A stretch of 64,000 bases of DNA from the human T2T-CHM13v2.0 reference genome, Homo sapiens. The notes under the pieces were generated by a model. It made no database searches. It saw nothing but the letters and a program-made list of their open reading frames with translations, and was not told where the DNA came from. Shown in pieces: positions 13,256-26,404 of the stretch. Position 1 is the first letter of the stretch; each line of letters opens with the position of its first letter. The stretch lies in assembly GCF_009914755.1 (NCBI RefSeq), contig NC_060938.1. One strand, given 5' to 3'. The position numbers and the translations under genes are program-made.

Positions 13256-13689
13256 TGCCTCAGGAAAGAACCAGAAAGCCTGCTGGTTCTGTGGAAACAG
13301 TAACTGGAGTTGTTCATACCAATGATTCCTTTTCTCCCACTAGGCAACAGACAGTTGATTATAAATAGTTTTTTGGGATTCTCTTCAGAATCCCACGCTC
13401 CTGCCCTCAGTGTCAAGGCTCTGGGATACAGCACGTGGAACCCTGGAGAAGCATGAGAAGTTGCCACTGGAGGCTAGATAAGAATCTGGAGTCTCTGTCT
13501 CTCTCAAGAAAACAGAAAATGGGGCTCTGTTTGGGGTGTCTATCCCACTCGCAATGGGGGGCCTCTTCCCCTCGGAGCTCTGCCTCTCCCCACCCATGGA
13601 GAAAGCCCCTGGCTACCACGTTTTTTCTCCATGCTGCTGCTCCCCCGGACAAGGCGTCAGGACCAGGTAGGTCACATGCTTTCAGTGAC

Positions 13690-14075
13690 TCCATTCACAG
13701 AACTTCTGTTGCTCCTGGGAAGTGGGCACTGGAACTGAAAGACAGCCAGGCCACCTGAGCTATTCTCTTCCATGGAGGATATTTGGCTTGAATGCCACAA
13801 GGTGACCACTGATCATCCTGCACATGGCATTAGAGAAAACAAAGAGAACACAGAAAGTGACAGAGAGAAGGTACGAGTGGTGCCCGCGTTCCTGGCAGCC
13901 TTCCAGGTTCCAGTCTTGATGACCGCCAGCTATTATACATGCTTGGCCTTGGGGTCCTGAGAGACCCACAGTACTTCCTCCAATAGATTCCCTGCCCTCA
14001 TATATATATATATATATGCATTTCTTCCTAAACTTGTTGCTTTCTGTTACTTGCAACCAAAAGAAGCCTAAAATA
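13690..14075 (+). mobile_element. Old MLT1 (J/K/L-like) LTR with internal (TA)n near 14000-14017
   Basis: 3' end ttctgttacttgcaaccaaaagaagccta; 5' boundary uncertain. Confidence 0.55.
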
Positions 14076-16561
14076 TTCTGATTCCTATCTGTATAAATCT
14101 CCATCAGTATTTGAGAATGGCCTGAAGGTGGCACTTTCCATTCTGAGACAAAGAATTACTATAAAAATGCTGAATTTGTGGCATTACCTTTATTTTGCCT
14201 GATTGCATTACTCAAACAGAAAGAGCTATGAATAATAATAATAATAACGATACCACTAAAGTAAAATATTTGACACTCACAAGATTAAAAGCTGAATACA
14301 GTAATCTTCTCATAATCATCACGGGATATGCAGCACTTAATCAACAATTACACTGGGAAAATGCCCGCGACTTAATGCTTAAGTACCGGGAAAAGGCAAA
14401 GGAGAAAAGTAGGAAATCAATGCAAGGGGAGCAAGAAGTGTATCCAATCTAAATACTGCATGTATTATGATAACAGAGTTCTACATTTTCCTATCAAGGC
14501 TATGCAGAAAAATAATAAAAACAATCCAAGAATACACACCCCAAACCAAAACACTCTCGTGAAAGAGCTATTTTTAAAAATCACTTAGAATATTCATCTG
14601 ATGGTGACACAGTCCATTAATCGGGGTGCTTATTTTTTCTTAACAGCTTTATTAAGGTGTAATTTACACATTCTTTATGCCCAAGTTTCTTCCCCGAGTC
14701 CTGCCCCCTGATGGGAGACGGAAGTGGAATGGCCCATGCAGGAAGCCAGAGCCTGGTGGAATAAGAGGCAGCAGTGTGGCCAACGCAGGGAGGAGAGAAG
14801 ACAGACCCTCCCTCCCAGGAGGGGGCTCCTATCCCCAAAGGGCCTGCCAAGTGATTGTTAGGAAGTAGGTAGGTATATTCATATCTAGAACATGTAAATT
14901 TTTTTAAAAAAAGCAAAGCCTACTTGCCAGATCAAAATATTTCATGACCCAGAGCAAGTAACTCAGCAACCTTGGGAAATAAGCAAGCATTTACAACAGC
15001 CCACAATCTCTTTTGGCTGTCAGATCTTTACAACATGAGTTTTATTTTTAATGTTCTTTTTAAAGAGCTAATTCTTCATTCAGGATGCGCCTGCCCGATG
15101 CAAGCAGCACAAACACCCGCATTGTATTATAAATAGCCTCTTTTAAGGAGGGCTGGGTGGATAGCAACATTTTTTAACCTAGATACAGTTGTGACAACCC
15201 GTGACCTCCACACATCAGCCTTATTGTGTTATTTTATGAAGAATGTATCCTCGATGACTGCAATGATAGCCAGTGAGGCCACAGTATGACTTCATGAACA
15301 CATAATAATGCTGCCCTTTCATTTTCTGAGAGGGTTTATCTTCCTTCTGCTACAGGTAAATACAGTAAATTTGACATCATGGAATACAATTGAAGTAGCA
15401 AATGATCAATGTCAACCACAATAACAGTGCTTCAAAAAATTACCTCAACAATCCTATTTTCACCATTTTCCACAACCTATGGAAGTGAGGGAGTGGCATG
15501 AATGGGCACCTGGTAACTGAGAGGGAAGAATCTAAACATAGCTGCGTCTGCATCGCGCCCGCCAATGAAACCACATAAGCGCTCCCTCCGGGATGCATCA
15601 GTTCACATAAGGGCTCCCCTAAGCTCCAACTCGCAGGAGAATGAAAACAATAGAAAGCTATCTTCAGCCCTGGCTCCACAAGAAAAGCTCATTGCACTGA
15701 TGCTAAGGTGGCTTTGCAGAGGAAACAGCTACAGACAAACCAACCCCCAAACCCAACTCTTAGTCAACTAGTCAAGACAGGCATTCAATCTTAATACTAG
15801 AGATCTGGGAATCCTCTTTACACAGAACTGAGGTGAAATCACCCCTGAGAAAACCAAGCAAAATGAAATCAAGTTCCTGCAAAAGACAAAATATTTCCTT
15901 AGACATACATACATGATATTGGTAACGGCCTTCCCTGCCTTTAAATTTGACCTTATAATACAAATGCAACCTCAGGCAAGTTCCCAAAATAATGCAGGAA
16001 CCTTCAAATATTTCCCCGTCTAAGCCATACCTACAAATGTCATCTATAAGCCCTCCTATTGTATCCTTAGTAAGCAAAGAGACACAGGAATCTGCCTCTG
16101 GCCAAATATGCTCAGAGTTCACCTACCAACTGTCATGAAAACCTTGCAAAGTGTGAAGAGTATGAAAAGGCAAAGCTATTAGACTTTTTCTAGGTCTGTT
16201 GACTGATTTCCTATAGGTTCTGGGCATATGCTAATATCAAAGCTGAAATACAAAAAGAAATTGGCCCTTCAGGATAAGACCAGTATAAGAATTTCACTTC
16301 AAACAAGATGAAAGGAAAACCACTTACCTTGTCTTATAGCTACAAGAATGAAGATTCCCCATACTTAACTTGCTTAAGATTACAGAGAAGAGAAACATAC
16401 CAAAAGTTAAGATCAGGGAATGTGAAAATCCGGTTACCCTTCAGATACGTACAAAACAGTGTCAGTTTCTGGAGAGAGGCTACAGCACGATGATAAAATG
16501 TTCAAGCTAGAGGGCTCCTTAGAAATCATCAAATTTTCTTTTTGCACTGGGCACCTGTGCG

Positions 16562-16745
16562 TTCATTTCCTTCAACTCATATTAACCAATAACCTACCAG
16601 ATGCCAAGCACTGTTCGATATGCTGGGGATAGCACAATGAATGAAGAAGAAAGTCCCTGTCCTCAGACCTTCGACTCTAGGGGTGTGGTGGAAGTAACAA
16701 AGATACATACTGTCAGGTGGATGGAAGTGCTACAGAAGGCACAGT
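16562..16745 (-). mobile_element. L2 3' end fragment
   Basis: acctaccagatgccaagcactgttc...ctggggatagcacaatgaat...gtccctgtcctc. Confidence 0.7.
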
Positions 16746-17699
16746 GGGTGCTGCTGAATGAATTTTATAGATGAGAAAGTGAAGCTTCAAATCACAAAGC
16801 TAGTTTGAAGGCAGCAGCAGGACTGCATACATTTTTTTAATGCAGAAAAGGAATGCTAAAACGTGAATAAAAACAAAGGAAAAATCGAGTATGATGAACA
16901 GACTTGTATTTTTGGAAACATATGCAAAAGATACGCAGGTGGGTCATTCGGGGCCCTTTCCTCTTTCCATCTTCCTGACGCTCCACGGATCTACTGACCA
17001 AGTGGATCATTCTCACCTTTAAATATGACATATCAAAAAAGTGTTTCTGCACACAAAACACCCAAGAGTAAGAAATGTTTCTTTGTTTGAAAATGAGAAA
17101 CATTTCACTGTCGAGTTCTCATTTCAAAATTCCTTGGCCTTTAGGTGCTTCAAAAAGGCATTGGAGAAAAAAAAAAAGAAATGGGGGCTTGGTTTCTCCA
17201 GTTTTCTTTTCTTTAACTGGGTATTTCTTGTGGGATACTTCTTTCCCCCTCATTTATATCGTTTCTCAGCCTCAGGGTTATAAACCACTTATGAAATAAA
17301 GTAAAAGGGGAGCCTGTTCCATCCATCAGGACCAGCATTTGGAAAAGTGGTTGAGTGAGAAAGAAGAAATTTTCAGATAAAAGAGATATAAAAGAATGCT
17401 TCAAAATTCACATTTTTCCTTTTTCTCCAAAAAAGTGGAGCTTATTCTATGTGGGCCAAGTGACTTGTTAAACAAACAAACTCCTGAGGACACGCAGCCG
17501 GAGAGGCAGCCCCCTGAGATACTCCAAGTAGTGAGATCAGCCCCCCATCCCGCATCTGGCATCCCCCAGACCCCAACCCGCAGCCCTGTGACACTTGCTG
17601 GAAAGCCACTTGCTAATCAGAGTGCTGAGAATCATTGCTCACTTTCCTGCAGGCCACGACTTGCCAGCTTGATTTAATAAGTCATCATTTGGTGTGAGG

Positions 17700-17862
17700 A
17701 CGGGTGATGGCTTAAGGGTACAGGGTTTTTCCCCCGCACTGGGTGATGAAAATATTCTAAAACTGCTTGTGCTGATGGCTGCACAACTCTGCGAAAAAAA
17801 ACCGCTGAATTGTACTTTAAATAGGTGAATTGTTTGGTATGTGAATTATATTTCAATAAAAC
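17700..17862 (+). mobile_element. L1MB/ME 3' end
   Basis: gggtgatgaaaatattctaaaa...gaattgtactttaaataggtgaattg...gtgaattatatttcaataaa. Confidence 0.8.
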
Positions 17863-18231
17863 CCATGTTACCTTTAAAAGTTACCATTTTCATCAACCCC
17901 AAAATGTCAGTGGCCTTTCTTATTACATCACCCTCACAGTAAAGGGCTAAAGCTGAGAACTGGTGTTTACATTTTAATTGTGTTACATCTTTAAGTTAAA
18001 ACATATATTTTCCCGGGGCATGATTTCCTCCAGGCCTGGGAAGGTTAAAGGCCATCAGGAAATGCAGCCTAGGGTAGAGACCCCTCACCCTGAAACCATG
18101 GTTTTCACAGGCTCCGAGTTCTGAGAGCCACAATGAAGAGTAATTCTACAGAGTGGGCAGAGAATCTCATCTGAGTGCCCGCCCCACCCAGCGCCCACAC
18201 CTCCTTTCTCATCTTATTTGCAGGATGCGGC

Positions 18232-18533
18232 TTTTTTTTTTTTTTTTTTTTTTTTGAGACAGTCTCACTCTGTTGCCAGGCTGGAGTTCAGGGGCGTGGT
18301 CTCGGCTCACTGCAACCTCTGCCTCCTGGGTTCAAGCAATTCTCTGCCCCAGCCTCCCAAGTAGCTGGGATTACAGGCATCCGCCACCACGCCTGGCTAA
18401 TTTTTTGTATTTTTTAGTCGAGACGGGGTTTCACCATCTTAGCCAGGCTGGTCTTGAACTCCTGACCTTGTGATCCACCCGCCTCAGCCTCCCAAAGTGC
18501 TGGGATTACAAGCGTGAGCCACTGTGCCCAGCC
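18232..18533 (-). mobile_element. AluS (Sc/Sg-like), full length
   Basis: Poly-T then reverse Alu; TSD ggatgcggcttt on both sides. Confidence 0.95.
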
Positions 18534-18717
18534 GGATGCGGCTTTATGGCTGAAGAAAAGAGAGCATGACAAGACGGTTAGAAAAGTTCAGATCTGGATT
18601 ACTAAGAAAATCTAATTAAATGAATAATAACCCCTCCCTCAATTCATCCCTCCAATCTGGGCAACAGGAGAAAGAGACTTCCCTTCCTCCCTTCTCTCCC
18701 TCTTTCCTTTCTTTCTT

Positions 18718-18845
18718 CCATCAAACATTCATCCACCCAATAGTCAGTCTGTTGATCCATCCATCCATCCACCCACCCACCCAATAGTCAGTCTGTCCAT
18801 CCATCTGAACACCCGTCCGTCCATTCATCCATCCATCCCTCCATC
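18718..18845. repeat. Degenerate (CCAT)n simple repeat with a duplicated 20-mer
   Basis: catccatcc arrays; ccacccaatagtcagtctgt at 18733-18752 and 18777-18796. Confidence 0.8.
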
Positions 18846-19279
18846 TCATAATTTTTCAAAATTCTCCTGTGCAAAAACAGTGATACAAATAAAGTACTTT
18901 CTGTAAATTGCAAAGTGTAACACAAAGCTTAAGTATAATTATTGTATAAAACATGACAATTATCCTTTTTCCCTCTCTTCTCCATCCCTAGCTTAAAACC
19001 AGTCAAAGGTTATTACATACCCAAGCCTGGGGACTAAGAAAATTTTGACCAATAAAACTGGGTTGCTAGTGGAGCTTTCTGGAACCTGGGAGAGCTATGA
19101 AAGGCCAGGGAAGTATTAGTAGATTTTAAACTTAACCTTACTTCTAGGCTCAATTAAATAGATAATTTATTATGCTTCTACTATAGGCCAGAATTATGAT
19201 AAGGGGACAGGAAAGGATGTCTAGTGCAAGGTCTTGAGTCTCTAAGACAAGACCTTGGACTAGAGGTCTAGTGCACAGT

Positions 19280-20000
19280 CAACTATATCTCACCACTGCT
19301 ACCACCATAGTCTCGGTCAAATCATGATCACCCTCATCTAGGCTATGACTATAGCCTTGTAACTGGATTCCACACATAACCCCTGTTCCCTGTCAACCTA
19401 CTCTGTTCTCCACCCTGCAGAGTCATCTTTATAAAAAGTACACCAGATTTGGTTTTGCCCTTCCTCAAAACCTTCCAGTGGCTTCCCATCACAATTAGAA
19501 TAAAATCCAGTCTCTTCTTCATGACTTACAGTGATCTGGCCTCTGCTAATCATTCCCAATTCCTGTCCTACCACTGTTTGTCTTGCTCATTCCTCAAACA
19601 TTGCTGTTCTTTCAACAAGCCGTGTTTGTTCCTACCATCTTTGCACCTGCCCTCTGCCTAGAAAGCTCTTCTCCTCCATGGTGGCACAATTGCACCTTCT
19701 CATCATTTTGGAATCGATATCAATTCTTCAAAGGGCCTTCCCTGGCCACTTTACCTAAAATAACACCTTCCTCCTGCTCCAACCCCTCTACCTTCACCTT
19801 ACTTTTTTCTTCTGTCTGGCGCTTAGCTGGACCTGAGGTCACATTACATATATGATTCTCTACTTGTTTGCTTTCTGTCTTCCCACTACACTATAAAATG
19901 CCACAAGCGCAAAGACTTTATCACTTAGCCACCACTGTCTCTAGGGGCCTAATCCAGCGACTGATATAAAATACGCAGTTTACAAATATGTGAACTGATC
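19280..20000 (+). mobile_element. L2 (L2a-like) 3' ~700 bp
   Basis: ctcaaaaccttccagtggcttcccatcac...agaataaaatcca...gggccttccctggccac...tgtcttcccactacactataa. Confidence 0.8.
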
Positions 20001-21477
20001 ATTTCAGTTTTAGTTTCACCTTCCATACTTTTGCATCTTAGTATTATCTCACTTTCCACCAACAGGAGCAAATGATTTATAAAAAATGCCCAGCAGAATA
20101 ATTTTGTGACTTCATTATTAATACTCTCCCCATCCCTGTCTACTCTCTTCCCTAGGGACTGGCTTTAGTCAAATTCAGCTTTAAGCTGACATGGGCCAGA
20201 GACCCTGAAAATGTAAAAGCTGCTGTACTTACAGAAATGATGCCCTGGGGGGAAAAGTCAGAGTTTAAGGATTTCTTCTGGAAGAAAAGATAAGTGCATG
20301 CCTACGTGTGCTGTGCTACGTGAGGCAGTGGAAAACTGCCTGCTTTCACTTGGTGGGGAACAGTCTGAGGCATGAAATCGACTTTACCCATAGGAATAAA
20401 ATTAGAACTTCCTCCGCTATAGACATGATTTTGATTTGAAGTAAAATGAAAAGGCAAAAACTTCAATTAAGTAAATCTCAAGAGCAAATGATCCAAGAAA
20501 CAGGTGAATTTTTTTAAAGCCATTCTAATGGTTTAAACAGCTTATTCAAGTGGAATACTTTAAAATGTCAGGAATTCAACCTCTTGATTTAAGAGCTCTG
20601 GAATTCAAGTGCTTCAAATTGAGAAAATAATACACAAGTAAATGGTTGTAATTTCTTGTTTGTGCATCCTGGCATTATACCCTCCACGTATACAAGCCTG
20701 TGCCTGCACAAACCAGGCTACTTGAATGCCAAACATCATTCCTGGGTTGAAATTATAAAGAAAGCTCTTGCTTTAAAATTATAAACAAGGTATAAAATAA
20801 GTATTTCAGGGGCTCATTCAAATCAAGTCTCTTGAGAGTCTGGACTCAACAGATACACTGTACTCACTAAAGCTTGCCAACAGTGGAAAGGAACATTCTA
20901 GAAATTCCTGCAGAGCTACACAGTATATTTACAGGCCACCTGTAGCAGGAAAGGCTTCCGTTGCTGTCATACCTGTCTCTTCTCCATCCTCCTTTCCAAA
21001 GCCCTTTCCCCTTTCCCCTGACAGTCTTCGCTTACTCACACTCACAGGCACTCAGAGCTTCTCAGCTGAGTAACTCTTAGAGCAGCCACTGTCAGGTAAA
21101 GAGAATTTATTTACAAGCATCACAGCCTTTGAAATGCTGAGAGGGCAAGTCAGCAACGCAGACACCGTGATACTACTAAATACCTTCCAGCACGGATCTC
21201 TCCAAACAGATGTTGCCTTCTAGGAATGAAACAATAACTTCCAAATTTTTCATGTAGACACAGCCATCCTGCAAGTGGGATAATTACTACACCATTCATT
21301 TGGAAGGCATTCAGCAAGCACCTATGATACGCCAGGGACTCTTGGCTGTAGAGGAAGGTCTCATAGTCCCTGCTCATTCGGGAGAACGAAACACAAATCC
21401 AACGATGGGACAATGCCATAAAAGACACGGTGGTGTATAGGACTACAACAGGAACTTGGAGGAAATCCTGTGACTGC

Positions 21478-21770
21478 AGAGGAGGGACAGGCTCTTCAGC
21501 CCATGGGCCAAATCCATCTGTTTCGCATGGCTTGAGAGGTAACAGCGGTTCTATACATTTTTTAATGATTGAAAAAAAAGTCATCAATATTATATGAAAT
21601 TCAAATTTCAATGGCCATCAATAAAACTTTTTTGGACACAGCCATATCCATCAGTTGACATGCTACCTGTGGGTGCCTGGGCAGAGCTGAGAAGTGAGAC
21701 AGGTTCTGTGGCCTGCAAAGTCTATTAGACTTACTGTAAGACCCTTTCAGGAAAAGTGTGCCAAACCCTG
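21478..21770. mobile_element. MER58B-like hAT-Charlie DNA transposon fossil
   Basis: cagcccatgggccaaatcc...tatatgaaattcaaatttcaatggccatcaataaa...gaaaagtgtgccaaaccctg. Confidence 0.75.
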
Positions 21771-21809
21771 AACCAATTTGACTGAACATGATGGAGGTTT
21801 TCTGGTTTT

Positions 21810-22105
21810 GGTTTTCTTTGTTTCAGACAGGGTCTTGCTCTGTTGCCCAGGCTGAAGTACAGTGGTGCAATCACAGCTCACTGTAGCCTTGACTTCCTGG
21901 GCTCAACGGATCCTCCTGCCTGAGTCTTCTGAGTAGCTGGGACCATAGGCATACACCACCATGCCCAGCTAATTTTTTAAATTTTGTAGAGATGGGGGTC
22001 TTCAGATGTTGCCCAGGCTCATCTTGAACTCCTGAGCTCAAGCAATTATCCTGCCTCAGTCTCCCCAAGTGTTGGGATTACAGGCATGAGCCACTGCATC
22101 CAGCC
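21810..22105 (-). mobile_element. AluJ
   Basis: Reverse Alu with J-type cacagctcactgtagccttgac and ctcctgagctcaagcaat. Confidence 0.9.
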
Positions 22106-22372
22106 TGGTTTTGTTTTCTAAAGTGGAGCATAAACATATAAGAATATCAAACTCTAGTTGGTCATGTGATAGCAATGGAACAATTCTGAGAGAACTGCAA
22201 AAACACCTGTTGGTTATAAAGAAAAGCAGCCTTTGATGTCTCCCAGACCAACTCACATATGTTACAGATGAGGAAGCACATCCTGAGAAGTCAAGTTATT
22301 CTGCCAGGGCCATGGGGAATGGCACATTCTAGAAGAAAATGTTTCTTCTGTCCCCAAACTCATATATGTTCC

Positions 22373-22730
22373 CGATATGGGTTGGCTGTGTCCCCACACA
22401 AATCTCGAATTGTAGTTCCCATAATTCCCATGCGTTATGGGAGAGACCTGGTGGGAGGTAATTGAATCATGAGGGTGGGTCTTTCCCATGCTGTTCTTGT
22501 GATGGTGAAAATGTCTCATGAGATCTGATGGTTTTATAAAGGGGAGTTCCCCTGCACATGCTCTCTCTCTTGCCTGCCACCATTTAAGACGTGACTTTGC
22601 TCCTCCTTTGCCTTCTGCCATGACTGTGAGGCCTCCCCAGCCAGGTGGAACTGTGAGTCCATTAATCCTCTTTATAAATTACCCAGTCTCGGGTATGTCT
22701 TTATTAGTAGTGTGAGAAGAGACTAATACA
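22373..22730 (+). mobile_element. THE1 (B/C) solo LTR
   Basis: gatatgggttggctgtgtcccca...gactaataca; 5-bp TSD gttcc (22368-22372 and 22731-22735). Confidence 0.93.
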
Positions 22731-23734
22731 GTTCCACAGCACTGACTGGAAAAAATTATCTTGGCCAAGAAATGGCTGAAGAAAAAGATTAGTATTTGAA
22801 AGTGCTGGATTTATGCTTTGTGTTTTTTCTAACAAAATGCCCCTACTTGTGAGCCACTGGTGCCTTAGAAGGTGGCATTTCCTCCTTTTCTAGCCTCCAG
22901 CCTTCTTCCCACATATCCTACATTTCTCAGACGCCTCCTACAGCCACAGCACACCCATGCAAGTACTGTCCCGGAATTCACCCTAGGCAGCTGACCTGAC
23001 TCACAGACTGCCCCTTCTGCCTAGAATCCTTTACCAGTTGTTTGATCCACCAGGTCCCCTAATTCTGGTGCTTGGGCCTCCAAGCTTTCTGTAGCCTATG
23101 CAAATGGGTCAGCCCAAAACACAAAATTCACTGGAAAAGCACCTCGCACATTTGAAATAAATGCTCAGTTAAATGTCTATAAACATATGTTAACCAATCA
23201 AGAGCAACTAAATTCAACTCTTACATAGCTTACATATAATGATATTTAATGTGGAATGTGGGTGGATTTCAGTTACTTTACTGGCATAGGAAAAAGCCTC
23301 CAAATATTAAGAGTACATGGACCTAATCAAGTACTTAAATTTAAAATGTCTGTTTTCCTTCGATATAAAGATCCCACTCAACTGCCATCTCCTTTATGAA
23401 ATATTCCATTTTAAATTTATTTTCTTTGTACAATAATTCAACATGCTGCTTTGGATTCATAAAATCATTACTATAAACAAATAACTTGGCATATTTACAG
23501 AACACCAATGATGTGCTATGGGAAATGCAAAGGTGTCTTTACATGTGGTCCCTGACCTCAAAGCACAAGCAATAAGACAAATGACACAAACATGCTCAAC
23601 CTTATATAACAAATCCAAGGTTTAAAGCATTCAAAGACATTTGCTTTGCGATAAACTAGCTACAACTGCAGACAGTAGGCTTTGGCTGAAACAGGGATAG
23701 TTCTTTGGAAGAACTGTGTCTTGAATAACAACCA

Positions 23735-23935
23735 TTCATTGTCTACTAGGTGCCACTTTTACACTTGGCCATTTAAATGATCATCTTTCATTCTTACAAC
23801 AACCCTACAAAGTAGTGATTCTTATGCCCGTTTAACAAATGAAGAAACAGAGATTAAGTAACTTGACAAAGGTTACTCAGCTAATAACCTGCTAAACTAC
23901 CAGCCAGATCCAGGCTATAGAGCCAAGGATTATTA
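23735..23935 (-). mobile_element. MIR SINE
   Basis: ttcttacaacaaccctac...aatgaagaaacagag...aagtaacttgacaaaggttactcagcta. Confidence 0.7.
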
Positions 23936-24060
23936 ATACTTTTAATATGTGAGCTTTTCAAAGTAGGCCATATACTACCCCTGGTACACAGATGGGTTTT
24001 TCGTTGCTGTTGGACAGGGTGATCTTGAAAATTCGAATTCATTGCAGTACTTAAAAATCA

Positions 24061-24379
<319 letters not shown>

Positions 24380-25711
24380 TTACATAAATATCTCGAAGAG
24401 GTGTGTGAAGATATGAGGACTCAAAATGCAAATGGGACATTTTACCTATTCCTCGATTTTATATGAAAATCTTGGAATAAAGAGTTAAAGTATGCAAAGA
24501 TATTATTATCTTTAGAGAAACAACAGATACAGTGTGAAATAGGATATAAAACTGGCATGCGTTTTCAACTGAGTGTGTGCACAACATGGCGGGTAGGTAC
24601 TGTCCCAAAGGGTGGGTAGATTCAGGACTGCAGGAACCAAAGTGGGAAGCGCAGTCACTTTAGAGAAAGGAGACAAGCTCCGAGAGCTTGGAAGGGGGTT
24701 GTCAAGGACACTAAGTGTCTGGTGTTTTGCCTCGGTGCTGATCCTGGTGGACTGTGCCAGGGAGAAGAATGCTGCCTCATGATGGTCAGCCTGCAGCCAC
24801 CACAGTTTAGCTATAAATGGCTCCCTCCTGCCCCAGGTTGTCAGGGCTCATTAAGGCCTGATGCGAAACAGCCTGCACCTGGGGAGGGGACCAAAAATGG
24901 AGGGAGCCTGAGTTTGGAAACTTCCTTTTTCAGGGAGTGCTCACCGGCATTGCGGAAAAGAGCCTCTGGCAGGGATCTGGCATTCGCTCTAGGGCATGAA
25001 GCTTCTGGAAGAGTGAATTCAAGAGCTCCCCAGGGAGAGCTGCCCAGGGCCAGCACGTCTTTGCATGGCCTCAAGGTGGAGATTCGGTTCCAGTTTTCAC
25101 CACTCCGTGAGGCGTGATCCATCCTGTTTGCCCTGATGCTGCCCACGTGGGAGATCAAACGGCTCTTTCCCAACAAATAGACTGGACTGAAGAAACCTTA
25201 GTTGTGAGCACAGAAAAGATCAAGTCTTATTTCACTCCCGGAGTTGTTTCTTAAGGGAAAAGTTTGGCTGGTGGGGGCTCCTTTCTTTGGGCTACAGCAC
25301 CAAGAAAACAGACGCCAAATTAAAAGAGAAGCAAAATTCAATCCTGTTTTAAAAAAACAGAATGTACAGACATATGTGTCTAGGGCCTTCTAATAAATCT
25401 TTGGCCTCCTCCTCCTCCTCCCTCTCTAGTCAATCTGTACCCTTCTCACTAGCCATCACTGCGTTTTTCAAGACCCCAATCTCTTTCCTGAAATCCCCCA
25501 GGACTTTCCAATTCAGCTGCCCTGATGGATTCCGGACTCCAGCTGTATGCCTGAGCAGATCACTCATCTTTTCAAGCCTTTGTTTCCTCATCGGCACATG
25601 GTACCTGTCCCAATGGCTGTTGCTGGGATCTATGGCCATGGCCCATCAAACCACCCAGCACGATCCCTGGCCTGTATTCTGCACCCTGTAACTGTTATTT
25701 TTTTAATCCCT

Positions 25712-25955
25712 GGTCAAGAGCACCAGTCTTGGAACGGGCTGCCTGGATGGAAACCCCAGCTGTGTCACATACTAACAACATGACATGGAGCAGGTACTTG
25801 CCCCTGTGAAACTTAACACTTCAGTCTCCCCATCTGTAAAGCAGGATCATAATGGCCCCTTCCTCACACGTTTCTGTAGGATGAATGAGTTAAAGCAAGG
25901 AGAGTGCTCAGAAGAGGCTCTGCGCATAGTAGAAAGTTCCATGTTTTAGCTGCAT
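25712..25955 (+). mobile_element. MIR SINE
   Basis: ggtcaagagcac...tcagtctccccatctgtaaa...gatgaatgagttaa. Confidence 0.7.
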
Positions 25956-26060
25956 CATCACCACCATCATCGCCATGCTATCCTGCCTTCTGCAAGGCTG
26001 CTTGAATTGCCTGAGCCTGGAACGTTTCCCCAACAGAAGTCAGCAAGCTTGTTCCCTAAC

Positions 26061-26404
26061 CAGGGACTCAGTTCAAATGGCTGAGTGTCTGTAAGGGAGG
26101 TGGGGAGAAGGGGTGGTGCAGGGAAAGGAGCGAGTGGTCAGAACTGCACGGCCAGACAGACAGCTCGGAGTGTGGCTGCTCAGGTCCAGCCAGTTGCTGC
26201 CCTGTAGCAAGGCATGCCCGGGGATGCTCCATCTCCCAGATGTCAAGGGAAGCTAGAAATCCAGATATTTATGTAAAATTTCCTGATTTTTAAGTAGTGG
26301 CAATGAATTCAAATTTTCAAAATCACTCTGTCCAACAATAAAAAAACCCATCTGTGTACCAGTGTGCTGGCTCTGCTCCCGGGGCCATCAATCTGTGTCC
26401 TCTG
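26061..26404 (-). mobile_element. MER102-like hAT-Charlie DNA transposon, near full length
   Basis: caggg...tcaaatg start; gaagctagaaatccagatatttatgtaaaatttcctgatttttaa core; ends cctctg. Confidence 0.75.
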
